Of a DNA stretch of 64,000 nt, positions 56,102-63,184 are shown piece by piece (positions within the stretch are counted from its first letter, which is position 1; each line of letters starts with the position of its first letter). The notes beneath the pieces are model-generated. The model had not been told where the DNA came from, searched no databases, and worked only from the letters and a program-made list of their open reading frames with translations. Origin of the DNA: Lentisphaerota bacterium (GTDB taxonomy: Bacteria; Verrucomicrobiota; Kiritimatiellia; UBA8416; JABMPJ01); assembly GCA_013203785.1 (NCBI GenBank), contig JABMPJ010000161.1, positions 10,449-74,448 on the forward strand, written 5' to 3'. A program made the translations under genes and the position numbers.

Positions 56102-57024
56102 AAGCTCTACCCAAAATAGCGTGGTGGCGGCATGCGGTCCGGTTGGCCGTCCTGCTGGGGCTCTTGGCGATTGCCGGGACCAGCCTGCACCGCCGCTACA
56201 AATCACAGTACGGCGGCCAGTTCGAGATCGATAAGCATGCCGGGCTGCGTTTGGTGGATCGTATGATGGGTAGCTCACCCCATATGGACCGGCGTCCGGT
56301 GCAGGTGTCGGGCGGACTGTGGAGCTTCAAGGCCGGACCGCTGCGCGCCAGCGACCCGCTTGCGGTTCTGAGCGGCGTCCTCACCTCACGCACCCTCACC
56401 GTCACCCTCCTCCTCTCGCTCCTCATTCCGCTGGTCGGTATCCTCTGGGGCGGACGCCTCTACTGTAGCTGGGTCTGTCCGATGGGACTGCTTGGTGAGA
56501 TCGTACGAGGTATCCGACGACGACTGGACCGGATCGGGGTTCGTTTCTTCAACCTGCCCATCTCGGGCCTCCCGAAATATATCCTGCTGGTTGTGGGAGC
56601 AGGCACCTGTCTCATCTTCAGCATCCCCTTCTTCTACGGCTTCTACCCTCCGCGCATTCTCTCCGATGCCCTGGCAGACTCATGGTCCGGAACCCTCATG
56701 ACCGGCGAGCTGCTCTTCATCGGCCTGCTTCTGCTATGTGAGTTGGTGTTGTGTGAGCGCCTCTGGTGCAAGTGCCTCTGTCCTGGTGGCGCACTGCTCG
56801 CCTGGATGGGCAACCTGCGCCAACTGCGGGTGCGACATGACCCGGATGCCTGCACAGCCTGTGGGGCCTGCGACCAAGCCTGTCCCTACGATCTCACCCC
56901 ATCACGCCGCACCCTCGGCGGCGAGTGCGACAACTGCGGCCTCTGTATCGAGGTCTGTAACGACAGTGCACTCGAGTTTCACATTGGATCCATCCAGAAG
57001 ACAGAGAGGACCGTCCAACCGTGA
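56098..57024 (+). CDS. napH: NapH/MauN-like membrane-bound ferredoxin (quinol dehydrogenase subunit)
   Basis: ORF from 55987; preferred ATG 56098 (ATGA overlap with napG stop). TM helices plus CSWVCPMG, CKCLCPGG, CTACGACDQACP, CDNCGLCIEVC motifs. Confidence 0.75.
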   Translation: MKALPKIAWWRHAVRLAVLLGLLAIAGTSLHRRYKSQYGGQFEIDKHAGLRLVDRMMGSSPHMDRRPVQVSGGLWSFKAGPLRASDPLAVLSGVLTSRTLTVTLLLSLLIPLVGILWGGRLYCSWVCPMGLLGEIVRGIRRRLDRIGVRFFNLPISGLPKYILLVVGAGTCLIFSIPFFYGFYPPRILSDALADSWSGTLMTGELLFIGLLLLCELVLCERLWCKCLCPGGALLAWMGNLRQLRVRHDPDACTACGACDQACPYDLTPSRRTLGGECDNCGLCIEVCNDSALEFHIGSIQKTERTVQP

Positions 57025-57575
57025 ACCCACCTCATCTCCTACGCATCCTCTTCACCATCGCCGCCGCCGTACTGATCGCCACGGCCGCCCCAGCCCACCA
57101 CATCCGTGGCATCCCTCACTACAGCTACCAGGATAACTACCCTCAAGCGCCCCTGTTTGAAGAGTTTCGGGATGTCGGGCCTTGGACCCTGCAGTTCACC
57201 TTCTGGCCCATCCCCGCACAGAAAGCCCTCGATCTAGCCCTCTATGTAAAGCACGCCACCACCGGCAAGCCCTATGATGGCGCCGTAACCTTCCGGGTCT
57301 ATCAGCACGGCGAAGACCTCACCGACGCCAACCACCCCTTCGCCGCCACAGCCAATCCACGCCACATCCACAAAGTCGGCTGGGTCTACGAAGAGGATGG
57401 CATCTACTACGCCGAGATCACTGTCGGCGAAGGCGACCAGACCGTCACCGAAACCTTCCGCTTCCAAGTCGGTCAGGTGAAACCCAACTACATCGTCCTC
57501 GGCAGCATCGCCCTCGCCATCCTGGCCCTCATCACCACCGTCGCCATCATCAAGCGCAGACAGACCGACGTGTAA
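57021..57575 (+). CDS. hypothetical periplasmic protein with signal peptide and C-terminal TM anchor
   Basis: 184 aa, GTG start overlapping the napH stop. MNPPHLLRILFTIAAAVLIATAAPAHH signal. C-terminal IVLGSIALAILALITTVAII TM. No heme motif. Confidence 0.5.
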   Translation: MNPPHLLRILFTIAAAVLIATAAPAHHIRGIPHYSYQDNYPQAPLFEEFRDVGPWTLQFTFWPIPAQKALDLALYVKHATTGKPYDGAVTFRVYQHGEDLTDANHPFAATANPRHIHKVGWVYEEDGIYYAEITVGEGDQTVTETFRFQVGQVKPNYIVLGSIALAILALITTVAIIKRRQTDV

Positions 57576-57612
57576 CGACAATTATGTTGATTATTGTCAA
57601 CAAAGTCGTTAC
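57572..57612. promoter_or_regulatory. 41-bp nested palindrome GTAACGACAATTATGTTGATTATTGTCAACAAAGTCGTTAC upstream of fic
   Basis: Outer arms GTAACGAC/GTCGTTAC, inner arms GACAAT.A/T.ATTGTC. AT-rich. Overlaps the stop of the upstream gene, 27 nt before the Fic start. Confidence 0.5.
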
Positions 57613-57638
57613 AAGAAGGGTATTCAGTGCTGTGAGAG

Positions 57639-58628
57639 GTGACAATGCCAGGCAAACCATACCAGTCCAAACTGGCCCCGCATGAGGCCGAGATCTTCGA
57701 ACTGCGGGACAAGGGCGTTACATACCGAGCCATTGCGGAGCAGCTCAGTCTACGCCATGCCCTGAATGTCACCCACAATGCCGTCTTCTCGTTCCTGAAG
57801 ACCCGGGGCCCCACCCGCGGTGGTGGCCGGTTGTTCTACGAGGGATTCTCCCCAGATATCCGCGAGCAACTCCTCAAGCGAATCACGGCCGAGTGGACGC
57901 ACGACTCAACGGCGATTGAAGGCAATACACTTACGCTCGGCGAAACCATAAAGGTATTGGAGCTTGGCCTGACCGTCAGCGGCAAGCCACTGAAGGATCA
58001 CCAGGAGGTCTATGGTCATGCCCACGCCATTGACCTGATCTATGCCATGATTGCCCGAGCTGAGATTAGCGAAGACGATCTTTGCGATCTGCACCGTTCG
58101 ATCATGCATCAGGCTCCAGTCGATGCCATGAACCCCATCGGGGCCTGGAAGCGGGACTACAATGGAACCACGGGGGCCAGAGATGGGAAAAGCATCTACA
58201 TGGAATACGCAGAACCGGCGGCTATTCCCCGACTCATGAAACGCTGGCTCGGGGATTTCAACGGTACTGAAAAGTGTACGGGGCGGCCGGAGCAAGCCAT
58301 TGCAGCATATGTTCGTGCACACATGATTTTTGTCCGTATCCATCCCTTCTTCGATGGCAACGGCCGCATGGCACGTCTACTCGCCAACATCCCCGTTCTA
58401 CGTGGCGGCTTCCCGCCCGTGGTGGTTCCCGCAGAGCGTCGGTCCGACTACATCGGATTGCTGTGGGAGTATCAGAATGACGCCGGCACGATTCGCCCCG
58501 GCTCACGCCTCATGCCTCCGCACCCCGCCATCAGACAGATGGAAAAACTGCTCAAGAACGAATGGACCAAAACCGTCTCGCTCGTAGAGGAAGCCCTTAG
58601 GCGGCAGGCGGCAAGAAGCCACAAGTAG
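57639..58628 (+). CDS. fic: Fic-family protein (class II-like, N-terminal inhibitory [ST]xxxE[GN] motif) with N-terminal HTH-like region
   Basis: 329 aa. HPFFDGNGRMARLL Fic motif. STAIEGN inhibitory-helix motif. N-terminal AEIFELRDKGVTYRAIAEQLSL. Confidence 0.85.
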   Translation: MTMPGKPYQSKLAPHEAEIFELRDKGVTYRAIAEQLSLRHALNVTHNAVFSFLKTRGPTRGGGRLFYEGFSPDIREQLLKRITAEWTHDSTAIEGNTLTLGETIKVLELGLTVSGKPLKDHQEVYGHAHAIDLIYAMIARAEISEDDLCDLHRSIMHQAPVDAMNPIGAWKRDYNGTTGARDGKSIYMEYAEPAAIPRLMKRWLGDFNGTEKCTGRPEQAIAAYVRAHMIFVRIHPFFDGNGRMARLLANIPVLRGGFPPVVVPAERRSDYIGLLWEYQNDAGTIRPGSRLMPPHPAIRQMEKLLKNEWTKTVSLVEEALRRQAARSHK

Positions 58629-58770
58629 CGGGGATGTTCTACTCATGCCTCTCACTATTTACGGATCCACGAAGCTCTCGTGGACAAGGGACACCGGCTA
58701 TTTGTGGTGCGAGATCAGAGCTGAGTCCTCAGTGGCTGCGACAGGACGCAGCTAACCATGGACGTCTTTG

Positions 58771-59058
58771 TTATGCCGCCGCCAGTCTCTTGACGTGCAA
58801 CGCTTTGGGACTTTGTTCGGCCACCCAGAGATCGTATTGCACCTGCTGGTGCAGCCAGCTCTCCGGGGTTGTGTCGAACGCCTTTCCCAAACGCATGGCC
58901 ATTTCGGGACTGATCCCGGAGCGACCATTCAGAATGGCCGACAGGGTCTTCCTCGCAACGCCGAGCGCCTCGGCTGCGTCGGTTACGGAAAGCCCCAAAG
59001 GTTCCAGGCACAACTCTCGCAGGACCTCTCCAGGATGGGGGGGATTGTGCATTCTCAT
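58771..59058 (-). CDS. higA: HigA antitoxin (XRE-type HTH)
   Basis: 95 aa. [61 protein letters not shown]. Confidence 0.88.
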   Translation of the reverse strand: MRMHNPPHPGEVLRELCLEPLGLSVTDAAEALGVARKTLSAILNGRSGISPEMAMRLGKAFDTTPESWLHQQVQYDLWVAEQSPKALHVKRLAAA

Positions 59059-59070
59059 ATCTCTTCTCTC

Positions 59071-59349
59071 CTAATGATAGTCCTCGTAGTCAACATCGAT
59101 CACATCCGCACCATCGAACACGAATGTGATACTCCAATTGCCGCTGACCGAGACCGCCCATGTTCCCTTGCGCTTCCCCTTGAGCGGGTGCAATCTCAGT
59201 CCCGGCAAATCCATGTCCCGTGGAGACATGGAAGCATGTAGGCGACCAAGGATTAGCCTGATTCGCTTCTCATGCTTGGCTTGGATACCGGCCTTTGTGC
59301 CTTTCGTGAAATACCGCTCTAGCCCACGATGGCAAAATCCATTGATCAT
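59071..59349 (-). CDS. higB: HigB toxin (RelE/ParE superfamily, plasmid maintenance system killer)
   Basis: 92 aa. MINGFCHRGLERYFTKG...RLILGRLHASMSPRDMDLPGLRLHPLKGKRKGTWAVSVSGNWSITF. Toxin-first order, typical of higBA. Confidence 0.88.
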   Translation of the reverse strand: MINGFCHRGLERYFTKGTKAGIQAKHEKRIRLILGRLHASMSPRDMDLPGLRLHPLKGKRKGTWAVSVSGNWSITFVFDGADVIDVDYEDYH

Positions 59350-59684
59350 GATTCAACCGTAACGCGATACGTATCAGGTGGCAATCAGTTTCTTTATGAG
59401 GCATAACATTCAAGCTCTCCGGCGGCTGTAGGCCGCGCGAGAGCAGCGCTGTGTGGGGCATCTTCCGATTCGTGAGTGAAGCGTGTTTCCAGTTTCGATT
59501 CTGCTGACAAGCCTCGATCTCGAACGGTCGGCAACATGCCGACCCTCCCAAACGCCTTTAAAAAACATGTTTTGTGACGGGAGGGACGGCGTGTCGCCGT
59601 CCGCATAGGGGTTTTTCAGCAGAATCCAGTTTCTAAGTTTGACCCTGTCGCCTAATTGAGCGGTCACCGATATGGATGGCCCCT

Positions 59685-61190
59685 CTAGGCGGAACGAATT
59701 GCCGCCTCGATGCGCGTCACCTCCATATCAGACAGGAACTTGAAATGGCTGGTGCGCCTGTTGGCCGACAGGTGTCCATTGTTTTGCAGGCAGAATCGAA
59801 TGAACAGGTCGATCTGTCTGTCCGGCATGTCTACAACAGCCTGAATGGCCTGCTTGGTATGGTCGTAGTTGGCCAGGAATGCCAGTTCTTCTGCCAGTTC
59901 CGTATCGATGGTCTGTTCGATGAACCGGAATAGCGCCTCCGCTTGCGGCGTCATGTCGGTGTACTTGTACCAGATTGCCGTATCGTTCTGCACCGTCATC
60001 CGCCCCATCTCATCCAGTGAGTATTCCACAAGCATCATCAGAGGCTTGGAGAAGGCCTCCAGTGATGCGTCGTAGTCTGCTATGTTCTGCAGCATCGATG
60101 CAGATACGGGGAAAATGAAGCCAGCCGGTGTGAATCCGTGACGGGCAAGTATGTTGTGGATCAGGAAACGGTGAATACGTCCGTTCCCATCCTCGAACGG
60201 ATGCAGGAAAACGAATCCGTACGCGATGGCGGCGGCATGAATGACGGAGAACACCTCTCCTGTCTCCATCCTCTCGTGGGATGCGAGCAGCCCTTCCATA
60301 AGTTCAGTTACGTCCTGGGGTCGCGGACCGGCGAAATGGACCTTCTCCTTTTGCCAGGCTACGGTCTCGCCAACATAGTTCTGACTACCACGATAATCCG
60401 TATCTTGGAAGCGGGGGTCCACAGTACGGTTCTGTAGATCGATCAGGCGCCCCTTCTCGCAGAAATCCTCTTTTTCGGCCAAGTGGAGCAGAGAAACGAA
60501 GCGTTCCGTTCGGGTCGAGGTCGGCTTGATGTGCTCGATCTCGAAGGACGATTTCGTTTCCTTCTTGTAGAGGTAGCTCATGGCCCGTTTCAGTAATTCA
60601 GGGGGATACTTGGCAACAATATCCCGGCACCGTTCAGGAAGATTTGCTTCTTCGAAGGATCGCAATACTGCCGTACGGCGAATTGTGGGACAGAACCTGG
60701 CGTCCCCGAGCAGGTTGTCATTGATACGCTGGCGACGCACCCGACGGGGTTCGGCCATCGTGTAGTATTCGTCTGGATCGAGCAGATCGATGTATCCCCC
60801 GGTCCCAAGGTCAGCCAGGGGAAGCTCCACACCGGTGAGCATTTCGTATAGGAACCACACTCGACGGGTATATTTCCCCCTCGGCGCAGATGCGACATAC
60901 TGTTGGATTTCATCCTGAGGAGCCACCTTGAACACGCTGACAAGGATGGCCAGATTTGTCCCATCGTACTTGAGCGCAAATTGCAGATGGTCACCGAGCG
61001 TGTCCCCGGGCCAATACCGGGCTGGGTAGACTTCTTCGGTTACGCCTGCGGTCGTATCGACTCGATGTGTGTTTCCTGTGGCAACAAGAGATCGATGCCA
61101 GTTCGGTAGCACGTCTAACCCGAATTTCTCGATCAGTGCGCCGTACCCAGTCACCTTCATCCCCGTCGCATCTAAAGAGTGCTCATTCAT
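59685..61190 (-). CDS. large Fic-family protein
   Basis: 501 aa. HPFEDGNGRIHRFLIHNILARHGF Fic motif, preceded by a long N-terminal domain. Confidence 0.8.
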   Translation of the reverse strand: MNEHSLDATGMKVTGYGALIEKFGLDVLPNWHRSLVATGNTHRVDTTAGVTEEVYPARYWPGDTLGDHLQFALKYDGTNLAILVSVFKVAPQDEIQQYVASAPRGKYTRRVWFLYEMLTGVELPLADLGTGGYIDLLDPDEYYTMAEPRRVRRQRINDNLLGDARFCPTIRRTAVLRSFEEANLPERCRDIVAKYPPELLKRAMSYLYKKETKSSFEIEHIKPTSTRTERFVSLLHLAEKEDFCEKGRLIDLQNRTVDPRFQDTDYRGSQNYVGETVAWQKEKVHFAGPRPQDVTELMEGLLASHERMETGEVFSVIHAAAIAYGFVFLHPFEDGNGRIHRFLIHNILARHGFTPAGFIFPVSASMLQNIADYDASLEAFSKPLMMLVEYSLDEMGRMTVQNDTAIWYKYTDMTPQAEALFRFIEQTIDTELAEELAFLANYDHTKQAIQAVVDMPDRQIDLFIRFCLQNNGHLSANRRTSHFKFLSDMEVTRIEAAIRSA

Positions 61191-61230
61191 GAAACCTCCG
61201 TGAAAGAGAAGAACTACCCGTGAATAATAC

Positions 61231-61355
61231 GCCAGAATTGTGGCTGGTCAATAGAAACGCGCCAGACTAAGGTCATTTTTGGATGTTGTGAGAAAACAGT
61301 GCCAGAGTAGAGAACAGCATGCCAGAATATACATCCCCATGAAAGGTGCGCCAGA
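61231..61355. repeat. five direct GCCAGA hexamers spaced ~10n bp (61231, 61261, 61301, 61321, 61350) upstream of the large fic gene
   Basis: Spacings of 30/40/20/29 bp put all copies on one DNA face. Flanking context is (a/t)(c/g)GCCAGA(a/g). Confidence 0.5.
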
Positions 61356-61468
61356 GCTGCCATACTTTTTGCATGGTCCTGTTGAGAGGCCATCAGTGAG
61401 ATCTTCAGCTATTCAAGTCGGCAAGGTGAAGTCAATTACATGGCCCTCGGCAGCGTCGCCTTCGCGAT

Positions 61469-61519
61469 CCTATCCCGGTGATAACCAGCAAACACCGTTG
61501 CTGGTGACGACCAGGATAG
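61469..61519. repeat. ~51-bp imperfect palindrome with perfect CCAGCAA/TTGCTGG core
   Basis: CCTATCCCGGTGATAACCAGCAAacaccgTTGCTGGTGACGACCAGGATAG. Confidence 0.45.
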
Positions 61520-61748
61520 TAGTCACTCATGCGCCTATGAGCTAGTGCCTTGAATGTTATATGTTGATTCCGTTGAAAAACCCCCTGTTTCAGCCGCCCT
61601 CTGAGCCGCTGGGCGGGTAGTGTGGCGCGCGGCTCGTTGCCTCCTATCGGCCATGGTTTTCGGTGGTGGCCACCCTTCGGGCAACCTGGGGCGATCAGAG
61701 CTGGATTCTTTGCGACTGAACCAGCCGTGAACGGCGCAGAAGGCTCTC

Positions 61749-62279
61749 CTATGCCGCCTTCAGCTGCTTTTCGACCTCCCACCGGGACAAACGGAGCCAA
61801 CGGTTGATGTTGACGGCCGCCCCTTGAAAGTAGTTGGACAGAGTGGTCTTGGCCAGCCCTCGATATCGTGTGCGCCGACCTCCCCCGCGCGTGAACTCAC
61901 TGATGGTTCCCTCGATGGCATTGCGTCGATGCATCTTCAGCTTGAACTCATCGGTCTTCATATCACGCCGTCGTTGCTGCAAGAGGTCGTGATGCCGGCC
62001 GACCGATATATGCCGCCTTCCATCTTTACGCCTTGTGCACTGCTTCTGAAGCTCGCAGTCATCGCAGAGACCGGCCCACTCAAAGCGGTAGTAAGTGGAC
62101 GCATTGTAGCGGTCGTTGATCAGACTGATATGTTGAGACGTGACCCTTCCAGCCCTCTTCCAGCCCCCTTCCAGCCTCTCGGCCACCCAATCCGGGATGA
62201 TATCGGCCACTCTTGAGGCGGGATCGAAATGGGGGGCGATATGTGGCGGAATGCGCACCATGCCCGGCACACACGCCAT
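61749..62279 (-). pseudogene. C-terminal fragment of an IS5/IS1182-family DDE transposase (5' part missing)
   Basis: 176 aa. ...HRRNAIEGTISEFTRGGGRRTRYRGLAKTTLSNYFQGAAVNINRWL is the conserved C-terminal block of IS5-group transposases. N-terminal catalytic region is absent and vapC sits where it should be. Confidence 0.6.
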
Positions 62280-62314
62280 GCATCACGCGCTTTTGCGAGG
62301 CCGTTCGCGGCCTT

Positions 62315-62698
62315 TCAGGAATCACGTTGACGCAGTTGTTGGCTGTATTCGATGTTCATTTCCTTTGCCATGATCTGGAGCCGTTTGTCTCTCGTCCAGA
62401 GAAGACAAGAGTCAATGCAGCACGAAGCCAGGATGTGGGCATCGATCAACCCGATGCCTCGCCCCATCAGGCGGTGGCGCTCAATGAACAGAAGAATCTC
62501 ATCCTCTTCCACCTTGGTTGCATGGGGCAATGCATGAAGCAAAGCGATGATCTCCTTTCGGTTGCTCAGGTTGCCGCAAGCTAACTCGCCTAGGACGTAC
62601 GAATGAATCGTGACCTCTTCCGCTTCCAACAATGAGGAGAGATTGCCGCTTACCTTCCGGAAGTGGTCAATCCAGATCGAGGTGTCCACGAGTACCAC
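62315..62698 (-). CDS. vapC: PIN-domain ribonuclease toxin VapC
   Basis: 127 aa. MVLVDTSIWIDHFR...acidic residues D6, E, D at PIN positions. Confidence 0.85.
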   Translation of the reverse strand: MVLVDTSIWIDHFRKVSGNLSSLLEAEEVTIHSYVLGELACGNLSNRKEIIALLHALPHATKVEEDEILLFIERHRLMGRGIGLIDAHILASCCIDSCLLWTRDKRLQIMAKEMNIEYSQQLRQRDS

Positions 62699-62889
62699 TA
62701 CGCCGTCCTCCGCCGTGGAATGGGCTTGAGGTCTGGTTCAGACCCACCGAGTGCCGCAAGGCGCTGCGCGCTGTAGCGCGCCACCAGGGCCTCCAAGCCC
62801 ATCCGCACCAAAGAGGTCTTCTCTTTTACCCCGGTAAGCCGCGACGCTCGGGCGAGGATCCCGTCATCTATATTGAGTGTAGTTTTCAT
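62698..62889 (-). CDS. vapB: VapB-type antitoxin
   Basis: 63 aa. MKTTLNIDDGILARASRLTGVKEKTSLVRMGLEALVARYSAQRLAALGG. 1-nt overlap with vapC. Confidence 0.7.
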   Translation of the reverse strand: MKTTLNIDDGILARASRLTGVKEKTSLVRMGLEALVARYSAQRLAALGGSEPDLKPIPRRRTA

Positions 62890-63184
62890 ATGGCGAAGTA
62901 TGTATTAATCGTATGTATATGTCAAGAAGCATCGGAGTAGCGACGCTCGCTGCCGGATGCCCCCGCACAGATCCCGGCGTGCAGTTTTGCCGCACCGGGC
63001 TCCTCGCTTTGAACCTTCGCCACTTCCGCACCAGGCAGGCATTGCAGCAGGCCGACACCGATTCTCCGTCTACATCCCTGCCTCTGTTCACCATGCTGAT
63101 CATCCGGGCGGCACATTCACACCGCCTAGCGTATCCGCTTGTGGCCCAATTGCTGTGTAGCCATTTCGCGCCACTCTCGCTGGC

